Positions 27,200 through 34,846 of a stretch of 64,000 nucleotides of DNA are shown here, in pieces. A model generated the notes under the pieces. It saw only the letters and a list, made by a program, of their open reading frames with translations. It had not been told where the DNA came from and searched no databases. Each line of letters begins with the position of its first letter. Position 1 is the first letter of the stretch. The stretch is from IMG/VR virus record IMGVR_UViG_3300045988_168409. One strand, 5' to 3'. The position numbers and the translations under genes are program-made. This DNA comes from a virus.

Positions 27200-27237
27200 T
27201 AAAAAATGCGCAAAGACTCAAATGAATCTTTGCGCAT
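27200..27237 (-). terminator. Rho-independent terminator
   Basis: ATGCGCAAAGA / TCTTTGCGCAT stem, followed by T-run on minus strand. Confidence 0.75.
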
Positions 27238-27266
27238 TGCTGCGTTTGGTTTCTGTTTAATTCCGG

Positions 27267-28160
27267 TTACTGCGTACCATCGTTATATACGACGATATCA
27301 TCGATCTTCAGCTTGGCCAAGTGGATGATCCCGTCTTTTATGGTACAGGTAATATTCCATTTTGACCGGACGGTCGCGCCATAAAGGTTTTCGGCATCGA
27401 AATAACCTTCACCTTTCCATATATTAAAGCCAACGTCTTTTATTGTGCAGTCGCGGAAGAGGCACATTTCCATTGTGGACGGGCAGTTTAGATACTTTGG
27501 TATTGTCTCTTCTGCCATCAGATAAACGGCCCACTTCGCGTCTTCTTCGCTGACACCGGAATTGGATTGACTGCTTGGTGTGGGGGCTGGCGTTGAACCC
27601 GATTGCGGCACCACTGTCGGGTCAGGCTCCCGGCGGCTCCAGTACCCGCTTGCATAGTCATTTCCGGAGTTGTCGATTATTTCCAGCGGCGAAACCTGCG
27701 TCGGCTTTTCGCTGCGAGAGGACTCCGCAGATGGAAGTGTGCGAAGGTATAAAAACCGATATATTTCATCATATTCCGACTCCGTAAGCGCGCAATCCAT
27801 AACAATCGTTACATCTGCTTGCTTCTCCCATGTCGAGGAGAAATCTCGCACATTGTTTATAATAACTTTTTTGATTGGGATACTGGGAAACGCCGCGCTA
27901 AAAATATCCGTTATGTTTGATCGTATCGCTGCCTTTTCAGACCTTGGAAGAATTACGAGTGTAATGAAAAAAAACAGAGCGATTATGGCTGCCAGAATAA
28001 TCAGCAGGAGTTTCAGCGGAGTTTTTGATACAACAGGAAGATTTCCTTTTGGCACCGTCGCTTCTGCTTTCTCCTCTGGTTCCGGCATTTTCTCCCCGCA
28101 GGCAGAACAGAAGCGCGCTTCGTCTTCCATTTCGTGGCCGCATAGTGGGCATTTCTTCAT
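27267..28160 (-). CDS. Zinc-ribbon, single-pass membrane protein (moron candidate)
   Basis: 297 aa; MKKCPLCGHEM...FCSACG, TM LLLIILAAIIALFFFITLVIL; lower GC than neighbours; own terminator. Confidence 0.6.
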   Translation of the reverse strand: MKKCPLCGHEMEDEARFCSACGEKMPEPEEKAEATVPKGNLPVVSKTPLKLLLIILAAIIALFFFITLVILPRSEKAAIRSNITDIFSAAFPSIPIKKVIINNVRDFSSTWEKQADVTIVMDCALTESEYDEIYRFLYLRTLPSAESSRSEKPTQVSPLEIIDNSGNDYASGYWSRREPDPTVVPQSGSTPAPTPSSQSNSGVSEEDAKWAVYLMAEETIPKYLNCPSTMEMCLFRDCTIKDVGFNIWKGEGYFDAENLYGATVRSKWNITCTIKDGIIHLAKLKIDDIVVYNDGTQ

Positions 28161-28210
28161 TTTGATTTCCTCCCGAATTTTTTAGAGGCATGCTGAAGCT
28201 GTTTTGCGCT

Positions 28211-28232
28211 CCCTGCGGGGTTAACCGCAGGG
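28211..28232. repeat. GGTTAA-loop hairpin (copy 1 of 2)
   Basis: CCCTGCGG-GGTTAA-CCGCAGGG then GCGTTTGTGC; homologous to 30201-30220. Confidence 0.5.
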
Positions 28233-28261
28233 GGCGTTTGTGCCTTGGTATGAAATTTGCG

Positions 28262-28546
28262 TCAATCCTCGTAGGGCTGCGTCATGTCTACGGTGAAGGT
28301 GAAGCCCTCGGCGGTGAGATCGGTCTTGTCGGCGGAGAATCCGGCGTCGTGGAGGTAATGGACGGCGATCTTGTTGATCTCGGACGGGATGGGGAGAGTC
28401 AGGCGGACGGTGTTGATGTCGGTTTCCTTGTCCTCCGCTACGCGCACGAGCGCGCCGGGGATCTGCTTGGAGGCGGACGTTGCGTACTTGATGACGCGCT
28501 GGAAGCGGGGCTCGTTGATTTCATAGTTGGGATTGAGTTCAGACAT
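28262..28546 (-). CDS. Hypothetical protein
   Basis: 94 aa. Confidence 0.5.
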   Translation of the reverse strand: MSELNPNYEINEPRFQRVIKYATSASKQIPGALVRVAEDKETDINTVRLTLPIPSEINKIAVHYLHDAGFSADKTDLTAEGFTFTVDMTQPYED

Positions 28547-28616
28547 GATGAATTTTCCTTTCTTTTCGCAAATTTGTTTGTAGATTTGTTTGCAGAGTTT
28601 TATGTTGTTTGTGAAT

Positions 28617-28645
28617 ATTATAGATTAGCTGCGCACGGCGCGCAA
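28617..28645 (-). promoter_or_regulatory. Sigma-70-type promoter
   Basis: Minus strand TTGCGC - 17 nt - TATAAT; CAAACAA-rich leader. Confidence 0.5.
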
Positions 28646-28651
28646 GGGGAG

Positions 28652-28903
28652 TCAGTCGAGATATTTTGAGTCGGCGTCCATAGGAGAGCTCCCGGAGGTC
28701 TTTGTGTGGCGCTTGGAACGGACGGCCTCGGGAGCGGCGATGCACCCGCCGAGCCACGCGGCGCAGAAGATCACAAGGCCGGAAACGACGGTCCACCAGA
28801 TGATCGAGTTCATATCCAGCGCAAAGCCGATGAGCATCACGGCCGTCTGAACGACCTGACCGAACAGGAACATGAGAAGAAGTCTTACTGCTTTTGTACT
28901 CAT
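28652..28903 (-). CDS. Small membrane protein (holin-like topology)
   Basis: 83 aa; two or three hydrophobic segments and a charged C-terminus. Confidence 0.5.
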   Translation of the reverse strand: MSTKAVRLLLMFLFGQVVQTAVMLIGFALDMNSIIWWTVVSGLVIFCAAWLGGCIAAPEAVRSKRHTKTSGSSPMDADSKYLD

Positions 28904-29130
28904 TTTCTTTTGTCCTCCTTGAGCGTGACGACGGTGAAGCTCTGTGACGGTCTTGCTCCGTTGCGCAGCTGTGTGCGGACGATGTACTCGGCGTCTCCGG
29001 TGTAGACATACACGCGGGCGCGGTTTTTGTCTCCGGTATACTTCGCTTTGGGGACCGACGTTTCCAGATACTCGACGGTCAATCCGTCGTGCCGATCTGT
29101 GGTTCTTTTGATGATGCAGGGTGCTCGCAT
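28900..29130 (-). CDS. Hypothetical protein
   Basis: 76 aa. Confidence 0.45.
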   Translation of the reverse strand: MRAPCIIKRTTDRHDGLTVEYLETSVPKAKYTGDKNRARVYVYTGDAEYIVRTQLRNGARPSQSFTVVTLKEDKRK

Positions 29131-29151
29131 TGGTGGGTTCCTCCTGTATAT

Positions 29152-30114
29152 TTATTTTAGGGTCGCATTGATGAAACGCTGCTCAAAGGTCAGCTCCGGC
29201 ATATACGCCGTGCCGTATGGGCGCGAGGGCAGCGCGAGGGAACGGGCAAGCCGGGCTTCCCATGCGGGGAGCGTGCGGAGACGCGGAAGCTCTACCGTCT
29301 GTGCGAGTTTGATAAAGTCCCGGCACATTTCTGCGTAGAGTTCATGGTCATTCGGAAACAATCTTTCTACTGCATCCAAGTAGTAATAACAGGCGGCGAG
29401 AGCGTCGGGGAGAAGGCGCAGGTCTTCCGGCTCGCGCTCTGCGTGGGCGCAGTTCACGGCATAGTCCAGGCATGCCTTGATATATGTCCGCGCCTGCTCT
29501 CTGGACGCCCCGGAACGCCGGGAGAGAGACTTTCCGTTCCAGCGCTGGATATGTACCGGCCAAGAGGTTTCCGGAACGTTCTTCGCCAATTCTGCGCATT
29601 TCATATTGAACGCCAGGTCTTCGCTCATGCGCAGATCGTTGGGGAAGGTGATGTCGTGCGCGGCCAGAAAGCTGTAGTTGTACATTCGCCCGTGCAGCCA
29701 GGTGAGCTGTTCGCGCCCGACGACCTCGTAGCAGCCGCGCTCACTCTCGCGCAGGGTTTTGCCGATAACGAAGTCCGGTCTTTCCGGTATAGCCTGCTGC
29801 ATGGTGGCAATAGCGTGTGGGAGGAGAAGATCGTCTGCATCGAGGAACATAAGCCACTCGGAAACGGACGCCATGATCCCGAGGTTCCGCGCTGCGCCGG
29901 CGCCTTTGTTTTCGCTGCTTTTGATGCAGCGGAGCCACGGGCGAGAGTCTGCGGCGGTCTCTACGACGGCTTCCAGCTTTTCGTCTGCGCCGTCGATCAC
30001 GACGGTCGCCTTGAAGTCCTTGCAGATCTGAAGATCAAGGCTCTTGATGGTGTCGCCGATGGTGTCGGCGCAGTTGTGCGCGGGGATAATGATGTCGATG
30101 GTCTCTGTCTTCAT
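29152..30114 (-). CDS. Family 2 glycosyltransferase
   Basis: 320 aa; IDIIIPAHN..., ...NKGAGAARNLG..., DxD ...FLDADDLL...; no obvious TM segments. Confidence 0.8.
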   Translation of the reverse strand: MKTETIDIIIPAHNCADTIGDTIKSLDLQICKDFKATVVIDGADEKLEAVVETAADSRPWLRCIKSSENKGAGAARNLGIMASVSEWLMFLDADDLLLPHAIATMQQAIPERPDFVIGKTLRESERGCYEVVGREQLTWLHGRMYNYSFLAAHDITFPNDLRMSEDLAFNMKCAELAKNVPETSWPVHIQRWNGKSLSRRSGASREQARTYIKACLDYAVNCAHAEREPEDLRLLPDALAACYYYLDAVERLFPNDHELYAEMCRDFIKLAQTVELPRLRTLPAWEARLARSLALPSRPYGTAYMPELTFEQRFINATLK

Positions 30115-30200
30115 TTTCCGCCTCCTTTGCGGTTCTTTAACTGGTTCCTGGCGCTTTATGTGTAGACTTTCAGGTGTATATACTTATATATTTCTGCGGA

Positions 30201-30220
30201 GCGCCGGGGTTAACCGGCGC
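30201..30220. repeat. GGTTAA-loop hairpin (copy 2 of 2)
   Basis: GCGCCGG-GGTTAA-CCGGCGC then TTTTGTGC; includes the stop codon of ORF 30210-30929. Confidence 0.5.
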
Positions 30221-30929
30221 TTTTGTGCAGCTCGTTCCAGCGGCTTTCAAATTTGGGGCATTTGGCTCTGCGAACAGGCAGGAGAATACCGTCGCCATTG
30301 TCGCCGCAGAAGTAAAGCGGGGAAAGCTCCGTCCGATACCGCGCTTCCTTGCAGTCGGGGAAGATCGTCACCATGTCCAGCAGGAACGAGGCGTTCACTG
30401 CCGGCGTATCACTGCCCCACCAATACCAAAGGGCATCCGGCTTGACGCCAGCGGCTTTCTCGGCGGCAATGTATGTTTTGAGTTCGGCGGCGGTAGGGAG
30501 CCGGAGCGACTTGCTGGCCGCTTTGGCGCAGCCGTCGATCTGCGCTTCGAGGTTCGGAAAGCTCTGTTCCAGCACGGGAACGCCGGAGACATTTTTCAGC
30601 CGGACTTCCCGCTGCCCATCGCAGCAGCACCAGGCGGAGCCGTCGGCACTTTTCCACACGCCGCGCATATCGTTGCGGGCACAGGTCCGGATGAGGCGCT
30701 TCACCGCCTGGATGGCGGAGCCGCAGGACTTCGCGGCCACGCGCTCCCGGAGCTCGGCATAGATGCGCAGCGCCGGATACAGCGGCGCGACGGTGTAATA
30801 CGCGGCGGGGTCATTCAGCATTTTCGCGATCATGCGCCGGTTCGCTTCGGCGTCGCGGTCTTGTGAAATCGCCGTCGCACCGTTGGCGACAGCCAGCGCG
30901 GCAAGCTCCAAAAGTTCGGTATCGGTCAT
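30210..30929 (-). CDS. Hypothetical protein with beta-clamp-like C-terminal motif
   Basis: 239 aa from ATG 30929 (GGAAGGAG RBS); ...PAVNASFLLDMVTIF...GDGILLPVRR resembles the end of DnaN domain III (weak, by eye). Confidence 0.5.
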   Translation of the reverse strand: MTDTELLELAALAVANGATAISQDRDAEANRRMIAKMLNDPAAYYTVAPLYPALRIYAELRERVAAKSCGSAIQAVKRLIRTCARNDMRGVWKSADGSAWCCCDGQREVRLKNVSGVPVLEQSFPNLEAQIDGCAKAASKSLRLPTAAELKTYIAAEKAAGVKPDALWYWWGSDTPAVNASFLLDMVTIFPDCKEARYRTELSPLYFCGDNGDGILLPVRRAKCPKFESRWNELHKSAG

Positions 30930-30955
30930 GTTGGTTTTCTCCTTCCCACTCGGTT

Positions 30956-31096
30956 TTAAATCCGTATCTCTTTGCCGTCTTTGACAACAATATATTTGTT
31001 GTCTCCCAGCCACACCACAGCGCCCACAGAAACGCCGTATTCCTGCGCAAGCTCCAGACGGTCTTTCTGCGCCTTCTCGATTGCTATATTTCTCAT
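30956..31096 (-). CDS. Small protein (46 aa)
   Basis: Not in track: MRNIAIEKAQKDRLELAQEYGVSVGAVVWLGDNKYIVVKDGKEIRI; AGAAAGGAA upstream. Confidence 0.35.
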   Translation of the reverse strand: MRNIAIEKAQKDRLELAQEYGVSVGAVVWLGDNKYIVVKDGKEIRI

Positions 31097-31138
31097 GTTT
31101 TTCCTTTCTGCCCCGCAGAGGCGCGGGGCGTTCCACTT

Positions 31139-31169
31139 TATATGTCAACGAAATGGGCAATTTGCAACT
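31139..31169 (-). promoter_or_regulatory. Conserved promoter-like element (copy 4 of 9)
   Basis: AG TTGCAA attgcccatttcgttga CATATA AAG; leader contains GCCCCGC/GCGGGGC hairpin. Confidence 0.55.
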
Positions 31170-31190
31170 GAATAATAAAAGAATTTTTAT

Positions 31191-32414
31191 TCACAAGCCA
31201 AGGCTTCGTGCCGCTTCGGCGGCTTTCTTTTTGTCGCGTGCTGCAAGCTGGAGGAGGACGTACCGCGCCGTCTCCGGCGATCCGTTTTTGGCAAGGTCGG
31301 AGGCCATGCCGATGATGCCCTCGTCCGGCAGGAGACGGATCAGCGCGGAAAGGTTGTCGGCTTCTTCCTCTCTCTTTTTCTGCAGAGTTTCCAATACATC
31401 ATTCATATAAGGCGCCGGCTCGACGCTCTCAATATAGCCGCCGGGCGTGTAGCTCTGGAGACGGTTCGCAAATTCGACGATCTTCGCGCCTTCCTGCTTG
31501 TCCTCCTCCGTTGCCCCCTGCCCGAACTGCCCGCGCTCCATCAGGTGACGGCCAAAGGCGCGGATGTGCTCGCACAGGCCGCCGTCCCCGTCTCCGAGGT
31601 CGTAGCGGCCGCCGCCATAGACGACCTCGCCGTCCTCCTCGATGGAGAATTTTGTCTTGTAATAGCCGCCGTTTTCGGCGTGCTTCTGCTCGTCAAACGT
31701 CTTGAGAATGATCTCAGCGGCAGCGACGGAAAGCACCAGCTCGTCATCCTTCCAGCCGTAGAACGCCGGGTACTCGCTCCAATGGATGCGCACGACCGGC
31801 TGCCCCTCCTCGATGGGATGCTCGGCGGCGGTCTGCTCGATGAAGCGGCGGCCGTTGTTCTGTTCGCTCAGCGCCTTTTCCCGGCGCTGAAGCTCTTCCT
31901 CGTGCTCTTTTTCGCGGCGGGCGTTCTCTTCGGCAAGGCGGAGAGCGTGGCACGCTTCCACGTCGGCGGCGGTCGGCTGGCCGGGATCCTCGGCGGCGTT
32001 GAAGTCGGCGATCTCCCGCTGCCAGCGGGCAATGTCGGCCTTGCGCGAGTCGATATAACCGGCCCACGGCTCGCGGCTCATGCCGGAGATATTTTTGCTC
32101 ACGCACTCGATGCTCTTTGTGTTGCTGCATGCGTTCGCCTTCATCGCCGCATAGCGGGCGAATTTGTAGAGGGGATGATCGGGGAAAAGCGTGGCTCTGT
32201 CGTGCTCGAAATAATCGGTATAGCTGTCGCTGTCGTTCTCTACGGGGAAAATGTCGCGCGGGAGGTCGTCGTAACCCGTCGCGTAGATCGTGACGCACTC
32301 GGCGCCGTCGTGGCGGTTGTCCAGGGTATAGCAGCAGCGGGTGAGCTTGCGCTCGCCGTTGACGCGCAGACCGTTGTAGTAGAAGCGGATGGACTCGGTT
32401 TTGTCCTGTGTCAT
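31191..32414 (-). CDS. Hypothetical 407-aa protein (acidic, coiled-coil centre)
   Basis: Own promoter-like element; flavour of conjugative-element polyvalent-protein domains, but no motif I can name. Confidence 0.55.
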   Translation of the reverse strand: MTQDKTESIRFYYNGLRVNGERKLTRCCYTLDNRHDGAECVTIYATGYDDLPRDIFPVENDSDSYTDYFEHDRATLFPDHPLYKFARYAAMKANACSNTKSIECVSKNISGMSREPWAGYIDSRKADIARWQREIADFNAAEDPGQPTAADVEACHALRLAEENARREKEHEEELQRREKALSEQNNGRRFIEQTAAEHPIEEGQPVVRIHWSEYPAFYGWKDDELVLSVAAAEIILKTFDEQKHAENGGYYKTKFSIEEDGEVVYGGGRYDLGDGDGGLCEHIRAFGRHLMERGQFGQGATEEDKQEGAKIVEFANRLQSYTPGGYIESVEPAPYMNDVLETLQKKREEEADNLSALIRLLPDEGIIGMASDLAKNGSPETARYVLLQLAARDKKKAAEAARSLGL

Positions 32415-32442
32415 GATAATGACCTCCTTTTGCTTTATGCTT

Positions 32443-32473
32443 TATATGCCGTCCAGACGGCCGTTTTGCAACC
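32443..32473 (-). promoter_or_regulatory. Conserved promoter-like element (copy 5 of 9)
   Basis: GG TTGCAA aacggccgtctggacgg CATATA AAG; leader CATATAAAGCATAAAGCAAAAGGAGGTCA identical to copy at 17585. Confidence 0.65.
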
Positions 32474-32622
32474 GAAAAAATAAATTTTTTGCGATATTCC
32501 CGCACTTTTTTCTATAGATTTTTGTGAATATATATTATAGATAAAATGAATATCCCGCCGGGGCTGGGCGGCTTCGCTATCTGCTTTTTATTGTACGGCG
32601 CGGGGGCAAGGGGGTTTTTCGT

Positions 32623-32656
32623 AAAAAAATACGCTCCCGGAGAGATCCGGGAGCGT
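32623..32656 (-). terminator. Rho-independent terminator
   Basis: ACGCTCCCGG-AGAGAT-CCGGGAGCGT, T7 run on minus strand. Confidence 0.8.
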
Positions 32657-32671
32657 TTCTTCTGTTGGCGT

Positions 32672-32917
32672 TTATTTGCCGGTCTCTACACGAACGACAG
32701 CCGCAAGCGTGCCGGGATGCGTGGAAACGACGGTCAGGCCGTTCTCCGCGCAGAACCGCAGCAGGCGGTTGTATTGCGCGCGGTGGTTGCCGTGGAAGGT
32801 CACTTCTTCGGTTTTTGCTCTGTCGAAAAACTCGACGGAGGCGAGGCCGGCGTTGTTGCGTTTGTTGTGGTCGTTGAGCTCCTGCTCGACAAAATTCTTG
32901 AGAATGTCGTTATTCAT
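32672..32917 (-). CDS. Hypothetical protein
   Basis: 81 aa. Confidence 0.5.
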   Translation of the reverse strand: MNNDILKNFVEQELNDHNKRNNAGLASVEFFDRAKTEEVTFHGNHRAQYNRLLRFCAENGLTVVSTHPGTLAAVVRVETGK

Positions 32918-32930
32918 GATCTGCGCCTCC

Positions 32931-33356
32931 TTACGCTGCGGCGGAGAGCTCCGCCATTTTTCCGGCCAGGGCGGCCGCGCCTGCTTCGCACAGGGCGCGG
33001 ATGTCGTCTGCGGTGATCTTGTGCGTGATCTTCTCCACCGCCGAAAACATGCATTTGCTCATGTCCGGGCGGTCAATGTCCACCCAGTGGCCGAGGCCGT
33101 GGGAGACATAAACGCCGGGGGTCTGCGCCGGGTAGTAGCGGGAGGCGTTGATGCTGATCCGCACGCCGTCATATGCCTGGTAGCCTCTCCATTTTTTGTC
33201 AATGTAGATTCTGCCCTGGATGTATCCGCCGTCCTCCATGGGGATCTGCAGCTCGGCGGCTTTCTCGCCGCACATGACCAGATGGTAACGGCTGAGCGTC
33301 CAGCCGTTGCCCATGCGGGCGCTGCTCTTTTCGATGCTCTCGCGGGTGATCTTCAT
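32931..33356 (-). CDS. Hypothetical protein
   Basis: 141 aa from ATG 33356 (track ORF extends through non-coding DNA to 33722). Confidence 0.5.
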   Translation of the reverse strand: MKITRESIEKSSARMGNGWTLSRYHLVMCGEKAAELQIPMEDGGYIQGRIYIDKKWRGYQAYDGVRISINASRYYPAQTPGVYVSHGLGHWVDIDRPDMSKCMFSAVEKITHKITADDIRALCEAGAAALAGKMAELSAAA

Positions 33357-33397
33357 TTTGTTATCTCCTTTCGCGTTTCCGTTTTGCTTTTCTGCCC

Positions 33398-33428
33398 TAT
33401 ATGCCAGGCAGAGGCGCGTTTTGCAACC
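33398..33428 (-). promoter_or_regulatory. Conserved promoter-like element (copy 6 of 9)
   Basis: GG TTGCAA aacgcgcctctgcctgg CATATA GGG. Confidence 0.6.
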
Positions 33429-33434
33429 AAACGC

Positions 33435-33481
33435 AAAAAATAATTTCCCCCCGGAGGCGGCGGCTTCCGGGGGGATTTTTT
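33435..33481. terminator. Bidirectional terminator hairpin
   Basis: 10-bp stem TCCCCCCGGA/TCCGGGGGGA flanked by A6 and T6. Confidence 0.7.
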
Positions 33482-33718
33482 GCAGCGTTCCGGCGGGCGT
33501 TTCTGTGGTTCTCTGGGGCCTTTGTGCAGCTCTCCGGGGGCGGCTTTGCAGAGCTTCAGGCGTGAGCCGGGGCGGGCGCGTTAAATCGTTTTGCCAAAAG
33601 CGGAGGCGCGTATCGCCGCCATTGCGCGGCATGTGCCCGCCGATCTCGCCCGGCTCGCCGTACCAGTTGGGCGGTATGCCGGAGGGGGGGCGCCTAAACT
33701 CGGCTTGTTCTGTCTGGA

Positions 33719-33982
33719 TCAAGCAAAAAGAAATGTCCCGTTTTTCTTATAACATTCATTCCAAAACGCGGCGGTTTCCTCCGCCTGTTTTTTACTGGGG
33801 AAAGCGTTTGCCGCCTTGAGCCCGCCAATGGCGGACAGAGCGGAAAAAATGTTGTCGTCCGAGCTGATCCGCAGAACGTCGGCATAATAGCCGGGGCAAT
33901 ACTCGTTGTTTTTCCTCTCCGAAAACGTCATACGGTTTTTGTCCTGCTCTGCCGTGTAGGCGATGTAAACGTAGCTCCGCAT
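33719..33982 (-). CDS. Hypothetical protein
   Basis: 87 aa from ATG 33982 (GAAAGGAA RBS). Confidence 0.5.
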   Translation of the reverse strand: MRSYVYIAYTAEQDKNRMTFSERKNNEYCPGYYADVLRISSDDNIFSALSAIGGLKAANAFPSKKQAEETAAFWNECYKKNGTFLFA

Positions 33983-34259
33983 GTCAATTCCTTTCTGCCC
34001 TCGTGACCTCCGGGGCGGGATATGTTTTACTGTCTCGCGGCCATGGCCGCCGGGTGCGCGTGTTGGTGTGCGATCGTGCCGGCGTCCCTGCGGCATGGCA
34101 CCGCCGGGCAAATTCGGCGGCTCCTGCGCGCGCCCGGCCCCCGTGAAATCGTTTTTCTTTTCGCGTGAGCGCGGGGGGGCGGCGCGGCTGGGCTGGGGCC
34201 GGCGGCTCTGGGCGCTGGGCCCGGCGGGCGGCCGGGGCGGCGGCGCTTGCTTTATATCT

Positions 34260-34290
34260 CATATGCCAACAACGGCGGCAAATTGCAACC
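34260..34290 (-). promoter_or_regulatory. Conserved promoter-like element (copy 7 of 9, variant CATATG)
   Basis: GG TTGCAA tttgccgccgttgttgg CATATG AGA; followed by a ~270-nt very GC-rich leader. Confidence 0.5.
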
Positions 34291-34298
34291 GGCGGCGC

Positions 34299-34331
34299 AA
34301 AAAATCCCCCGGCGGACGATCCCGCCGGGGG
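34299..34331 (-). terminator. Rho-independent terminator of the toxin operon
   Basis: CCCCCGGCGG / CCGCCGGGGG stem, T-run on minus strand. Confidence 0.75.
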
Positions 34332-34359
34332 CTGCACATTGTTTTACTTATTAAACGAA

Positions 34360-34629
34360 TCAGCTGAACAAGTCGGAATGCGATCCGGTGCGGGCCAATA
34401 ACAGCGCGTTACCGTCCACGCGGTAGATCAACAACCAATCCGGGGAAACATGGCATTCCCGGAACCCGGAATAATTCCCCGTTAAATCGTGATCCCGGTT
34501 TTGTGCCGGGAGCGTCGCGGGCGCGCGTAGCGTGTCAATGACGGTTTGCAGCTTTGTTAGATCTAATTGACGTTTGGCGCATTGCCGCAAGTCGCGCTTA
34601 AAGCGGGAGGAATAGACAACCTCAAGCAC
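34360..34629 (-). CDS. yafQ: YafQ/RelE-family mRNA interferase toxin
   Basis: 89 aa from GTG 34629; ...DHDLTGNYSGFRECHVSPDWLLIYRVDGNALLLARTGSHSDLFS matches E. coli YafQ ...DHPLQGSWKGYRDAHVEPDWILIY...RTGTHAALF. Confidence 0.8.
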   Translation of the reverse strand: MLEVVYSSRFKRDLRQCAKRQLDLTKLQTVIDTLRAPATLPAQNRDHDLTGNYSGFRECHVSPDWLLIYRVDGNALLLARTGSHSDLFS

Positions 34630-34633
34630 CCTG

Positions 34634-34846
34634 TCAGCCCTCCAGAATCGACGCGAAAAGCGCCGACGTGTCGCCGCTAAAGCGCGTCCCGCCGCCGTTC
34701 GCAAGCTCGGCAATTGCGGCGGCTGTTTCCGCGTTCGGCGTTTCCGCGTCCGGCAGCGCGGCCCCCTGTAAAAAGAGGATCACGTTAAAAAGCCGCGTTT
34801 CCGGGATCTGGTCAATTAAGGTTTTCGCAATGTCGCGGTTACTCAT
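34634..34846 (-). CDS. Antitoxin-like protein (DinJ C-terminal-like neutralising segment, no RHH)
   Basis: 70 aa from ATG 34846 (GGAGGTG RBS); ...TPNAETAAAIAELANGGGTRFSGDTSALFASI resembles DinJ ...EPNQLTIQSIKNSEAGIDVHKAKDADDLFDKL. Confidence 0.55.
   Translation of the reverse strand: MSNRDIAKTLIDQIPETRLFNVILFLQGAALPDAETPNAETAAAIAELANGGGTRFSGDTSALFASILEG

Noticed and set aside
30210-34331. Integron-like cassette array served by the second tyrosine recombinase
   Set aside because: The hairpins after the cassettes are plain GC-stem terminators without attC-type R/L boxes (no GTTRRRY cores). The recombinase lacks an adjacent attI-like arrangement and lies 13 kb away.
33984-34337. 117-aa minus ORF and 128-aa plus ORF (33981-34367) in the GC-rich leader
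   Set aside because: These are Pro/Arg/Ala/Gly low-complexity translations. The minus ORF would start upstream of the promoter-like element and inside the toxin-operon terminator.
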